DNA of 64,000 nt from Blastocladiella emersonii ATCC 22665 (Eukaryota > Fungi > Blastocladiomycota): NCBI GenBank assembly GCA_025594325.1, contig JANHCV010000002.1, forward strand, positions 186,001-250,000, written 5' to 3'. Shown here piece by piece: positions 12,801-21,585 of the stretch. Position 1 is the stretch's first letter. Each line of letters starts with the position of its first letter. A model generated the notes under the pieces. That model saw only the letters and a list, made by a program, of their open reading frames with translations. It was not told the DNA's origin and made no database searches. The position numbers and the translations under genes are program-made.

Positions 12801-15258
12801 GCTCAAGGCCGTGTCGCTGCAGATCCTCGGCGTCAAGGTCGCGCCCGACACCAAGACGCTGGCGCTCGCGCTCCGCGTCCAGGTGTACGACACGCCGCAG
12901 CTCGCGCAGGTGATTGCCAAGGTCGCGGGCGACATTGCCGGCGGCAACCTGAACCAGGCCATCACGGTGACGGGCGTTTCGGTCGGTGTTTCGGCCGAGG
13001 ACTCGATCCGCACCTTTGCCAAGATCGCGCTCCCGATCAACCTCGCGCCGGTCCTCGGCGCCGCGCCCGCGATCCCGGCCGACGTGGCCAAGGACCCCAA
13101 CTCGCTGCTGGCCAAGCTCAACCCGAAGCTCGGCGAGATCAAGCTCGTGACGCTGCCCGAGCGCGTGATTGCCCTCACGGCCAAGGCGTCGTTCTCGAAC
13201 CCGCTGCCCGTCAACGTCGACCTCGGGTTCCTGAGCGTCGGCATCGGCATGGACGGCGAGCGCATCGCCGACATTCGCCTGCGCGGCTTCAAGATGGCGC
13301 CCGGCGACAACGGCATCAACCTCGACCTGTCGGTGCAGCTCGCGCAGGGCGACGCGGCCAAGGTCGGCGGCGCCATCATGGACGTGCTGCAGGGCAAGCT
13401 CGACGGCCACCGCATCACGGTGCTTGGCCTCGAACTAGGATCGAGCGAGCAGAACCACATTCGCGCGCTCGGCCTCGCCCGCATCGAGCTCCCCGTTGCG
13501 CGCCTGACCACGCCCGAGGCGATTGGCAAGTTCCGCGCCTCGCTCCCCGGCCTGATCGCTGGCGGTGCTGGCAACGGCAATTCGACGGCCTCGCCGCTCG
13601 CGCTGTCCGACGTCAAGATCAACATGCAGTCGCCCGGCCCGATCATCATCCAGATCGCCGGCGAGCTCAAGACGCCCACGAGCGTCGACGTCGACGTTGG
13701 CTTCGTGCAGGCCGCGTTTGCGCTCGGCCCCGACCCGAACTCGATGCCGAACCCGCCGCTCGTTGGCCTGCAGGTCCGCGGGCTCAAGGTCGGCGGCAAC
13801 AAGCTCGGCCTGGTCCTCGTCGTGAACCCGTACGACACGGAGGCCAACCAGAACCTGGTCGCGGCGCTCGTGGCGTCGCTCCTTGGCGGCAAGGAGCTGC
13901 CCGACGTGACCGCGTTCGCGGCCGGCCTCTCGATCGGCGCGAGCGACTCGGACAAGTCGGACATTCTGTCGCGCACCGCGCTCGCGCTGCCCGTCAAGGC
14001 GCTCGTCAAGGGCCCGATTGCCCTGCCCAAGCCTGGTAGTGGCGGTGCGGCGGCCATGCCCAAGATCAACCCGACCGACATTTCGGTCTCGATTGAGAAC
14101 AAGTACACGGTCCGCATCGGCGCCAAGATCGCCATCAACAACCCGACGCCCGTCTCGGCGGTCGTGGGCTACGTGGCGGCCAACATCGAGGTCAACGGCC
14201 TGCTGTTCGGCAACTTTGCCATCGACAAGCCGATTGCGATCGGCAAGGGCGACAACACGCTCGACCTGTCGCTGGCCATCAACCTGAACCAGGACCCCAA
14301 GCTCGAGGACGCGGTCGCGGGTCTCGTCAAGGCGCTGCTCGGCGGCGAGCTCAAGGGCATCGACGCTGGCGTGTCCGGGCTCGTCATTGGCGCCAACAAG
14401 GACGCGGCGACCAAGCTGCTGTCCAAGGCGTCCATCAAGCAGACGGTGAGCCTCGAGGGCGCGCCCAAGCCCGAGGTCCCCGCCGTGAAGCTCGACCGCG
14501 TCGTGGCGGCCATCACGCCCGCGGGTCTCGACGCGTCGGTCCCGATCGTGCTGCCCTTCAAGTTCTCGCTCGCGGGCATCAAGGACCTGAACGTGGACGT
14601 GTTCGCCGGCGGCAACCCGATGCTGCACGCGGCCATTGGCGGGCTCGCGGCCGACAAGTCGGACCGCCTCACGCTCAAGGCCGTGACCACGGTCAACGCG
14701 CAGGTGGCCGCGCCCGCGCTCAACGGCGTGTACGAGGCCATCAAGGCCGGCAAGCCGATCCAGGGCCTGTCGGTCGGCGGCGTCAACCTCGCCCTGTCCA
14801 ACGGCGAGACCTTCTCGCTGCTGTCCAAGATCTCGGCGTCGATGCCGCCCAAGACGATCGCCGACCTCCAGTTCGAGGTCAAGCTCCACAACGCCTTCAA
14901 GGGCGAGATGGACACCAAGACGCTGCTCGACATCCCGATCCCCATGGAGCTGACGGCGGGCAACCTGTTCTTCGAGGTGCACTCGCCGCGCGGCAAGACG
15001 GGCAACGTGAACCGGCGCCTCATCGTGCGCAGCGAGGACAAGGGCTTCATCGTCCGGATCAAGTCCACGCTCGGCTGGGACCTCATCGAGATGGGCAAGG
15101 TCGTTGCCAACATGGAGAGCGAGATGAAGTTCTTGAAGAAGTTCGACCTCAAGACGCTCGACAACAAGCCGGTGCCGTGGTTCAACACCGTGGCCAACGG
15201 CATCAACGTCCGCCTGACCCCGAAGTGGGCCAAGTTCGACTCGCCCGACGATCTCTAA
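3853..15258 (+). CDS. Giant type-II single-pass membrane protein (~3,776 aa spliced) of ~23 tandem ~150-aa beta-rich modules; LEA-2/DUF3712 (Tag1-like) family candidate
   Basis: 11.4-kb ORF with strong GC3 bias. ATG 3853 lies in CCGCCACCATGG context. One hydrophobic helix (VLACCLSFFLVLILFVVIAYFAIV) follows RRRK. Repeated modules show xKDIxV...PxxVDIGY/F...GxSxxDxI. In-frame 75-nt intron 4643-4717 (GTACGT...ACTAG). Possible 5'UTR intron 3611-3794. The family call is by pattern recognition. Confidence 0.85.
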   Translation: MVAASDAHVAPAGVNHAETVDIYVRNVNDAGTADPRELDDRDDIVRSGAKGSAGAAAVATPTGWRGLLRTRRRKVLACCLSFFLVLILFVVIAYFAIVPNIVRGKFAKSQLFLYQNSVDVDLYANSPQVNVKMDSELFVYGTDIETKFDPETWVVKTGDGVTIVDELPMPAKTTYIDKRYNMVMDAPVKLGNLDKLGELLRMLSSPEGISDAVGNIEIHTKMGVTLFGMHLYSNLDAVKKYDLRGLSFAKIFDNMLTGKPLPGCTFALYSLVDLLDLTTHTRIAPKQLVLGEKMPEDPTLAKYPRPAPRKADPLQVKSVVMTTNDKGFSVTADLDYDNPTPFATNIGGLSLVVKLYDTPVLRIGVRDVNLVRGKGSMKPSLDLELLEDYPKIGDLLRNAVVDFMGKGTLPVAIAGPINLLAKENASAGAKVVPAEWMNKATAPLAITIPPALIAKATAGDAKDANKSAASAAPSLLSQLGIKVGLAMDADKITVPVKVTLPKSLSLPQLKLDYNLGVNLYADAAKFLGISVNDLQIAKPKDTDSGNVASTTIVLTPDNSAPAAAGIAKFVENVLYSDSIAQLTVKDIAVTPAAKDAAECKWCTALFAKLDFPLPIQSVPLKKTLIDLVSKPAAPAAAAGASSAPGIKINGIDIKQEADSPAITVTADLDLAAPIAMIDTVNVPFAKVDFQVDDATAVTVSLPSGVQVNGDSAKLKVAVRATFGNSADVQTKIAALVSRFLGTQDGASKLAVTGVAFGAADKPFKTFELVNVHLTTDDVKEILAAKPASGPGLVLPPGLIKPTGVDVAMTAANTIMASVSAQIMNPFPISASIGSLSLSALLNDQTLVTVTLPPLAISASGTNALELKDIKIELGTSDALPPMIADLVGKVLAKQPLTGTVGVTGINLGAPASGKPEATIQTLARVRITKDLAALAAAPASSAGSVLDTSALIPAGGLALPTPKLVSASVATKEGATLALGVALDIANPLPVSVKIPFIGLSVGLDNAGEVAGVSIEGLDLKRGTGRLALTVTLRMNNDEAVQNRVAQVVAQALAGQNVDGALIISRILLGVSPSETTKLLSAVSVPVPLASLVNGAGSLGAGNNPDAPSPLSGALAGFDKPEIKNIRVATLDGGRVAVSLAAAFNNPLPVSVDIGYLALQTRVSGAPFIGISASGIKVAAGGANNLELTVNLDFASGEDTQVAVKNLVTELLYLKEWKSTVGVGSLVLGVNDKDTIRTLSRVNVDLPVTTFVTPAKLAELTAGLGKSSGSSGSGASPLAMLKDLSVDVQRGDRINVKTTLALALPVSLDIGFVSVTARLNRIAAAVLQLNGLKTGDKPELAVNLDITIQDSDALASVIAGLVRDVVAKKPELPYLVGITALRFGKDPAKPIDTFARVEADLPLAMLGLPGKSTDGAPSPLAGLVKLNGIKDVKVATKGGKRVQADLVANLGLPFKVSLNVPVIMVRVRVDDTQIVTVQTGVSLKPDSADLALSVGVTFDDNDKTQGMVAALVQQVLGGKGGDVASQLIVTGIEVGAASDDTITAFAKVEVAVPLRDLLKGGLPSLPASGGNSTASPVALSDVKVEAKTGAVVDVSLKAALGFAFPVTVDVGYIAATIGLNRNDMVVLSVSGLQASPATKELALTISAKFLTSDALSGDLSATAGAVLRKLAGDSIDVPGSVSVGGIVFGVSASDNIALLSKVFVDLRVADLLAKLPAGGAGGDAPKLLGGVSNITVAALPGDVIKAGLVAQINLPMKLDVNIPYIGVGAALDNVLLARVAVEGLRITPQSNNVAINLSVLIEDKEEAQNKIADVVKAILYSKDPVPNFAVVTGFEFGLSPTDRVTTFSAVKAGAKVADLVNKVKEIVSAPPTAGAPSLIAGVRDIAVDVKPGATVEVGLTAELAQALPLSLDIGFVTATLGLNKSPLVTLTLGAIKASPASKDLSLKLSAKFYESAELGADLKALVLAVLKKSELTGYVSVANFALGAKPDDNVALFSRAVVALPIGTIMSKIPANGAGAGASLPMPKIKGFSNLRISSMPKDVLNATFGLGLELPFKASINVPFVGAALAIDTTPILKVGVSGLKVTPENSDLSLGVMVQFIDTPEAQAKIAALAQAIFVEKKPVESLLIVTGATVGVSAEDAVKTFQQVVVPLPIKDLVAQIGSGNGGIALPAPANGTALVSVKDVKVAAVSGGIVEASAVAALGVSFPVSVQVGYIGVNVGLNANTMVVLSVSNLDVSLQSKELAVKVSAKFLTSDSLSNDLSATVGAVLRKLSGEAVDVPGALSVGGLVFGSSESDNVALLSGVTVQKPVAELLAMLPTTPAQPDAPKLLGAISNVTVAATTGDVIAASLVAQINLPMKLDVNIPYIGVGAALDNQLLARVMVDGLRISPASNAVSVKVAVKFEDTDEAQNKVADVVKAVLFSKDPVNNFAVVTGFEFGLSPSDRVTTFASVKAGAKVADLVNKVKQIIAAPPAPGTPSLITGVKDIVVDVKPKNTVELGLTAQLAQALPLSLDIGYIGGVLGLNKNPLVALSIGAIRATPESKEISLKLSATLFESAELGADLRDLVLAVVKKTEVTGYLTVSRLALGVKPDDFIGTFSRAVVAVPMGTLVAAIPQQGSGASLPMPKLKGLRDLKVATLPNDVIQASFALGLDMPFKASLNLPFVGAAVAVDRTVIAKVGVSGIKITPENADLSLGVQVQIADTPEAQDMVAKLVRSVLFETNPITNILMITGVQLGISAEESIKTFQQVVVPIPLQDLVKDIPKGLPAIGGGDKPLPISAKDIKVAVRPGGAVDLSLVAVLNNLTFPADVNVGFVSATLGLNSHSLVTVAVDGLKVSPSTKELALAVSLQFSNADDIAADLAQLVDAVFNKKEVTGFAMITGAAFGASRQDNIALLSKAVVAIPLSQFSKQLGALPDALGQALAGVGKGPSPVQIKSLGVAAKENALIEVSTELALGIQIPVSVDVGFINVDAQLGPLKAVSLQILGVKVAPDTKTLALALRVQVYDTPQLAQVIAKVAGDIAGGNLNQAITVTGVSVGVSAEDSIRTFAKIALPINLAPVLGAAPAIPADVAKDPNSLLAKLNPKLGEIKLVTLPERVIALTAKASFSNPLPVNVDLGFLSVGIGMDGERIADIRLRGFKMAPGDNGINLDLSVQLAQGDAAKVGGAIMDVLQGKLDGHRITVLGLELGSSEQNHIRALGLARIELPVARLTTPEAIGKFRASLPGLIAGGAGNGNSTASPLALSDVKINMQSPGPIIIQIAGELKTPTSVDVDVGFVQAAFALGPDPNSMPNPPLVGLQVRGLKVGGNKLGLVLVVNPYDTEANQNLVAALVASLLGGKELPDVTAFAAGLSIGASDSDKSDILSRTALALPVKALVKGPIALPKPGSGGAAAMPKINPTDISVSIENKYTVRIGAKIAINNPTPVSAVVGYVAANIEVNGLLFGNFAIDKPIAIGKGDNTLDLSLAINLNQDPKLEDAVAGLVKALLGGELKGIDAGVSGLVIGANKDAATKLLSKASIKQTVSLEGAPKPEVPAVKLDRVVAAITPAGLDASVPIVLPFKFSLAGIKDLNVDVFAGGNPMLHAAIGGLAADKSDRLTLKAVTTVNAQVAAPALNGVYEAIKAGKPIQGLSVGGVNLALSNGETFSLLSKISASMPPKTIADLQFEVKLHNAFKGEMDTKTLLDIPIPMELTAGNLFFEVHSPRGKTGNVNRRLIVRSEDKGFIVRIKSTLGWDLIEMGKVVANMESEMKFLKKFDLKTLDNKPVPWFNTVANGINVRLTPKWAKFDSPDDL
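8578..12192 (+). repeat. Intragenic tandem duplication of a four-module block, period ~1818 nt (606 aa)
   Basis: CAGATCAACCTGCCCATGAAGCTCGACGTCAACATCCCCTACATTGGC occurs at 9103 and 10921. Module starts pair up: SDVKVEAKTG/KDVKVAAVSG, SNITVAALPG/SNVTVAATTG, RDIAVDVKPG/KDIVVDVKPK, SNLRISSMP/RDLKVATLP. Confidence 0.9.
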
Positions 15259-15733
15259 GCAGCAGCAGCAGCAGCAGTGTGTTCCGTTTGTTTTCTTCCT
15301 TACAGTATTCCGTAGACGTCCCGAAAGAGTTTCTAAAATAGACGTCAAAAAACTTTTCTTTCCAATCCTCGCTTTCGCCGGTCTTGCTCTAATTCCTCAG
15401 CTCAGTTTCATGCTCCTCATTACCGTCGGCGGCCAAGGACACCGTGTCAGCGCGGTTGGCAGTGACCATGGTCGCCCGGCGGCGAGGAGGAGCGGTGGAG
15501 CGACCGCAGCGAGTTGTTTCAAGTTCGCGATGCGCCACTGTGGCGCAAGCTTTGATCCCGGTCCGATCCACCTGTCAACTCCGCTCACTGAACGGAAGCT
15601 GTGGCTTAAGAAGTAAACTCGTAAATAACACTCGCTTGAAAAGCTTTGCGAGCCGTGCGAAAGGTCGCACCGCACCCGCGCGCGAGCGGAAAACGGCTTT
15701 AATCGATGCACTCGGGCACAAGGCAAAACGCAA

Positions 15734-16589
15734 AGCCCGCGCAACGAGATTGACGACCGGTTCCGGCACGTGTTTGCGCTCAACGCGTACCAGATCCAGG
15801 CCGACGTGCACGACGTGAGCTTCTACTACAAGAAGAAGACGGGGTTCCCGAAGCTCAAGGACTGGGGCGTGGCCGATCTCTCGGTGCGTTCGTTCGTTGT
15901 CTGGCTCGTGGACTTTGCTGCAGTGTGCGGCTGACTAACTCGCGTCTTGCACCACTGCGTCCCAGATTGCCGGCGAGGGCATCCACATCCACGCGGCGTT
16001 CGAGTACGACCGGCACGCGGCCAACCAGACGGTGGTCCCGCTGCGCGTGCAGGTCAACGTCGACGACATTCGCGTGACGCTGCACCACACCAAGCACGAG
16101 TACGGCTCTCTAACATCTCGTGTCTTGACCCGCTCGCTCGTGCGTTCCCCAAACTGATCCGCCCATGCTCGCCCACGCTCGCTCGCTCGCTCGCACAGCA
16201 CGCTGTACAAGCTGGTCGCGCCGGCCATCAAGTCGGCGATCCGCAAGGCCATCATCACCAACCTCGAGCAGACGGTGCTGTCGTGGCTGCTGTTCGCCGA
16301 CGCCCAGCTCACCACGTACAAGACGCCGTCGCGCCGGTTCCGCCCGGGCACCGCGCGCCGCGCGCCCTCGTTCATGCGCTCGTTTATTCCGGGCTTCCTG
16401 CGTGGCTACGGCGGCGGTGGGAGCGGCACCCACGGGCTGTACGGCCACGGCGGTCACGGCCACGGCGGTCACGGCCACGCTCACGCTCACGGACACGCTC
16501 ACACTCACGGACACGCTGAGTCGCACCGCCACGCGTCGCGGTCGCGCTCGCGTCACCGCGCGGCGGCGGCCCGCGAGGCCGAGGTTTAA
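15734..16589 (+). pseudogene. Duplicated 3' fragment of the HAM1-like gene (end of exon 3, exons 4-5), lacking promoter and start
   Basis: Reverse complement of 22525-23380. Begins mid-exon at AGCCCGCGCAACGAG. Introns at 15884-15965 and 16100-16198. Confidence 0.9.
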
Positions 16590-17803
16590 GATCGATGGGC
16601 GGTCGCGCGGTCGCGCGTTCGAGAGAATACCCCCTGTACCCGAAGCTGTTGTTGTTGCTGTTGCTGTTGCTGTCGCGAGAGCGAGAGTGAGTCGAGTTGA
16701 GTGTATGATATGATTATTGCCGAGCAATGGAAGACTCAGATTGTGTCGCCGGTTCTGCATGCTCCACTCCACGGTCGCTTAACGGCCTCGGTCCGCGCCA
16801 CGGTCGCTGAACGGCTGCTCGTTCTTGCGACGCGCTCTCGTTCGCCACTTGGCTGTGCCGTAACTCAGGCTAGAAGCTCACGGCTTTGCCGACAATGTAA
16901 GTCGGAGAGGCTGCCGGTAGCAGGCAGCGCAGCAGAAGTCAGAGCGTAGTTCTGCGCTCTGCGCCTAGTTTGGTCGCTGCGTGCGGACATGTGCAAGAAC
17001 GTTGAAGAATGAAGAAACCCCCACGCGTCGTTTTTGATTGTCCAATGCTGTTTCATGTATTTATTATGCGAAGTAGCGAGGTTTTTCGGAACGGCCGGGG
17101 AGTGTGGAGAGTGCCTTCAAAGTGGCTGTGCGCCCTGCACGCCGAAGCGCGTTTCAGCCTCGCGTGACCGCGTTGCTCATGTCAACTCTTCGGCAGACCT
17201 CTCCTCCCCATGATCGGTAGTCGCCTCTAGGTTGCTACTTACCCATGGTAACTCTCACCCTGCACGACCGTGTTTCGGTAGCGCGTTGGAGGGCAATCCA
17301 AGGTCGTCCTCGCTTGTGTGAAGGAACGGGCAAGGATCCAGCCGAAAAGCGAGCATTCAAGGGTGAAGCTCCCGACATTGAACTCGATTATATTCAGGCT
17401 CTGTAAATTCACATTCGAATCCCGTCATAGCCGTTTCGTGCCGAACGCGACCCTCCGGTCCAATGTCAACAGCGTACACGAAGTCAAATTGTATTAATAT
17501 GCGTGGCACATCCTCGTCCACGGCCCACCTACCGCTTCGCCGCATTTTCCTTAATGTTCTTCCACGCCTCGGCGGAAATACCCGACGCAGTCTCGACTTC
17601 GGGGTGCACGCGGCGCAGAAACTCGATCGCAACTTCGCCGTACCCGTGCGCGAGTAGGTCCTTTGCCGCGCCGCACGCAAGCGGCAGCGGTACCACGCGC
17701 GCAATAATTGACTCGGCGCCAGTAACTGACGCGAACGAGGCCCAGACCCAGCTGGGCGTCCGCGGGTGCCAGTCGATAACGCGCGTCGCGACAAACTCGG
17801 CGT
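15734..17803. repeat. Left arm of 2,070-bp inverted duplication (partner 21311-23380)
   Basis: Mirror ORFs all have coordinate sums of 39114. Spot-checked segments are exact reverse complements. Both ends are abrupt. Confidence 0.95.
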
Positions 17804-19840
17804 CGTGGCGGACGAGGTCCTGGAAGATGGCCTGCGCATACCTGGCAATCCGCCACCCGTCGTACCACTCGCTGGACCCGCCCGTCAGCTTCCACGCGTT
17901 GCGGTACCCGTAGTGCGCGCGGAGCACGGCCTCGAGCGGCGACCGCGGCAGCCGCGCGCTTGCAACGAGGAGGTCCGGGAACGCGGCGAGCAGCATCTTG
18001 ATGGCGCCCGCGGCGGAGTTGCGACGCGTCGCCGTTTCGGACTCGCCAAAGTATAGATGAAGCGACCGCGGATCGTGTTCCGAGTCCATGTCCGGCCCAT
18101 CGCGCTCCCGCCGCGTCGTGACGGGAACGCTGGCGCACACCACGATGAGGATGATGGCGATGGCCGTGCGACGGTCAACAGCCGCGTCGTCGATACCCGC
18201 GAGATCGGCAAGTATCTGCGCGGCCGTGAGATGCATCGCGCTTGCCGCAGGTTCTCGAGAGACGGGGACGGCGGCGGCGGCAGCGTCTTCATTGGCCGAA
18301 AGCGGGGCAATTAAGTAAGCGACGAGAGGCTCGAATCCGCCCCTGGTCACGCAATTGTCGCTGGTGATGGAGCTGAGGAGGAGCTGCCACAGCAGCGGTC
18401 GAACGTGGGTCGGGAGCGCCGTGGCAAACTGCCATCCGAGAAAAGTGTCCCAGGTCGCGGACTCGAAATGAGGGCGGATCAGATCGGCAGGTTCCAGCCC
18501 AGCAAGAGTGCCAAGTTCGAGCGCGGCGGCCCCGTACTTGACGCGGCCAAGCGGATCGCGGATGAACATTTTCATGGCTACAGTAGGTCATTGGTCAAGG
18601 GGATACTGACATCATTGCGCGTGGGCACTGTATGCCCGCGGATATACATACCATGGCGAGCAAGGGGCCCGAAACGGCGTGGTGGGACCCACGTCTTGAC
18701 CAGGTCGCAATCCAGACCGGTCGACTTGCCATAACCAAGCACGAGAACCGCCCAAAGGTCGAGGCCGATCAAGTTGAGCTCGTCGAGCCAGTGGACCGCA
18801 GGCACGTCACGCGGGTCCGAGAGGAAGAAAACCTGGCGCTCAATGCAATCGCGTAGCTGCTGGTCCTGCAAATCAACGCGTCCGTGGTCGAGTCGCCGAA
18901 AAATCTCGACGAAGCGGCCAAATCGCGTCAGGTCGGATTGATTTGTCTCTGGAACCATCGGTTGACTGTTCATTCGTTCCGCCTGGCCTAGCAGAGCGAC
19001 GAAGGAAAGCGTGGTATCGCCATTTTTGAGCCCGTCCCACCCGATGCCCTCGAGCCATTGAATCGTTTCGATGACGCGGTCTGGTGCGTAGCAAGGCCAG
19101 TGTGCGGTTGCCACAAGCAGATGCTGCCCGCCAGACGAGCTGAAAAAGTCGACTAGCTCGGATGTCGTCACGCCGTAGTTGGTCCCGTTTTCACCGAGCA
19201 AGAGCTTGGTGGCAGGAACATTCCACTGCATCACTGCAGCAACCGCAAGCGCTGCAGCAAATGTCGCGAGCTCGTCGCCTGATCGTTGCGCGAGGTAGCA
19301 GGGGTCACGACGACGACCACATAGTGGATTTTGGAGACCGAGTTGAATCACGCTAAGCCAGTCAAGGTGTTTCCGCTTCTTCGTAAGCAGATCGGGCTGC
19401 AGGCCGAGCAAGAGGTCGAGCGTCATGCGCAGATGTTCGAGATCACCGATGTGGAGAAAGAAGTCGGCGAGGACAAAGCCTTCGGGACTGGCGCCGAACG
19501 ACGAGTTCGCCAAGGGACGACAGATCGAGGACAAAACGCTTGCCGTGAATGGGTGCTTGAGAGGGCTACTGCGGCCGTGGTGCGCTGCTACGAGATGTCG
19601 CAAGTACGCGGCCAGTGGAATCTGCGACAGTTTGACGTCACCCGAATCAAAGTAGGCTAGGGGCGGAATGTAGCCGCTCTTGCGCATCTTCGGTATCCCA
19701 CGGTGTATCCAGGAACGCCGGACCGAAGTCTCGCCGGTCGCAAGTGCCAGCATCCGCGAGGCAGCTGGAACAGCTGAAGCCGGCTTAGCTAGGGCGATCA
19801 CGCGTTCATAAATATCTTGCGGCAAGTCCATGGGCTCCAT
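17529..19840 (-). CDS. Uncharacterised ~745-aa protein with an F-box-like N-terminus; two exons, complement(join(17529..18577,18652..19840))
   Basis: A 74-nt phase-1 intron 18578-18651 (GTATGT...TGTAG) joins the 453-aa and 348-aa track ORFs in frame. The N-terminus MEPMDLPQDIYERVIALA resembles an F-box LPxEI motif. Less GC3-biased than its neighbours. Confidence 0.65.
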
Positions 19841-20154
19841 TTTTCTCGCTTCATACATGGATGCGAGATGTACTGGGTGGATGAGATATCTCGGGGCACT
19901 GTGGGAGTGGGCGACGCGTCGCGTTTTCGAGTGGCGCAAAGCATCAGGTGATGTCCCGCGCCGATGAGTGCCGCGTCCTCGGGATGCCTCGGGCGTGTCC
20001 CCAAAAATGCGTGCAATTCGTGAACCTTTTTTACTTGAGCCACCTAGACGCTTCGCGTCTGGTCTTCGATGGAGAGCTAAAACCCTTCGTCACGTTGGAG
20101 CAATGGGTCGCGCGGGAGACCCGGCGTACTGAAAATCGTACGAGTCGTTTGATG

Positions 20155-20673
20155 TCACGTCCCATCATCAAATTTCCTGCTCCACTGCTGCTCTAGCAGC
20201 TCCGCGGCGCAATCGAGCTCATGAAACCGCTTGGATAGCTCGCCAGCAGCGACGCCCGCGAGGTGGAGCCACCGCATCGCCTGGTACAGCAGCAGCGGCG
20301 CGGACCTGTACGAAAAGATCCCGGTGGCCGCCGTGTGCAGGAACAGCGCGGTCATAGTCTCGGGAATCTCCATGGTGTTGCCCGACATGTGGTACGCTAG
20401 CGAAAGGAGCTTCTTGTGGCCGCGCGAGGTCGAGTCGTCCTGCGCGCCGAAGCGATCGTGGCGCGCCTTTAACGCGGCGACGATGGCGCCGTGGTTTTCG
20501 ATGACTTTGCGCGCCTTGGTTGAGTACTTGGTCGCGCAGAAGGCAACGAGCGATGTGCCGAACGCTGCGAGGATGCGCAGGTCCATGATCTTCACCACAA
20601 CGTGCAGTAAGTGTTGAGCCAGCAGGTGATCATCTATGGCGTTGGCGGACGCGGTCGGTGAGTTACACATCAA
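20155..20673 (-). CDS. Hypothetical protein or exon (172 aa), possibly part of a multi-exon gene extending toward ~21050
   Basis: Protein-like helical composition. An upstream exon-like stretch (ATRVHALTSDQLLHHYLELAITNL...) is followed by a GTGCGT donor near 20950. The model could not be completed. Confidence 0.3.
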   Translation of the reverse strand: MMCNSPTASANAIDDHLLAQHLLHVVVKIMDLRILAAFGTSLVAFCATKYSTKARKVIENHGAIVAALKARHDRFGAQDDSTSRGHKKLLSLAYHMSGNTMEIPETMTALFLHTAATGIFSYRSAPLLLYQAMRWLHLAGVAAGELSKRFHELDCAAELLEQQWSRKFDDGT

Positions 20674-21310
20674 CGTCGGCTAGCTGCCGCTCCTGGCCGA
20701 AGTACTCATAAATTCCGTACCTAGCCTCGAAACCCGCAATGTACGATGAGGATGCACTCGCGCGGGAAGACATAGCAGGACACCTTGCTCTCGCCGTCCT
20801 TGTCCTTGCTGCGACATTTCGTACAGCTCAAGAGGTGGGGGTTCACATGCATCTGGTTAAGACGCAGCAGCTTGGTTAGCTGGATGACGCGCACGTTTTG
20901 AACCTCGGACAGCCCGCTGGTCTGCTTGGAAAAGAAGCTGATGTACGCACTGGTGCACAGCTCGCGCTGCTCGTCTGTGGCGAGGTTAGTGATAGCGAGC
21001 TCGAGGTAGTGGTGGAGGAGCTGGTCGGACGTGAGGGCGTGGACACGCGTTGCTGTCGCACATCAGAAACTGGAGGAACCGACGCGTCGCCCGCTTTGGG
21101 TGTGGTGCGCGACTCGTACGCGGCCATGGTGGCGGCGCAGACAGCCGCGACCGGCGGTGGTACGTTGGTCTTGGCGCGGTGGGGAGTACGTGGCCGGGAT
21201 TTCAATGGCCACGAGGTTTGAGGCGCACGACATGCCGTCGTCGTGTACAAGAGGACACGGAAGGTTCTTGACGAACGGGTGCTTGCTGATCGCGAAGCTG
21301 CCGCTTAGCA

Positions 21311-21585
21311 ACGCCGAGTTTGTCGCGACGCGCGTTATCGACTGGCACCCGCGGACGCCCAGCTGGGTCTGGGCCTCGTTCGCGTCAGTTACTGGCGCCG
21401 AGTCAATTATTGCGCGCGTGGTACCGCTGCCGCTTGCGTGCGGCGCGGCAAAGGACCTACTCGCGCACGGGTACGGCGAAGTTGCGATCGAGTTTCTGCG
21501 CCGCGTGCACCCCGAAGTCGAGACTGCGTCGGGTATTTCCGCCGAGGCGTGGAAGAACATTAAGGAAAATGCGGCGAAGCGGTAG
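21311..21585 (+). pseudogene. Duplicated 3' end (~90 codons) of the F-box-like gene fused to unrelated spacer sequence
   Basis: AEFVATRVIDWHPRTPSW...ENAAKR is identical to the C-terminus of the 17529-19840 gene. Homology stops abruptly at 21311. Confidence 0.85.

Noticed and set aside
5574-15348. Very long minus-strand ORFs (1187, 1200, 846, 637 aa and others)
   Set aside because: These are antisense shadows of the GC3-biased giant gene. The translations have no domain-like character.
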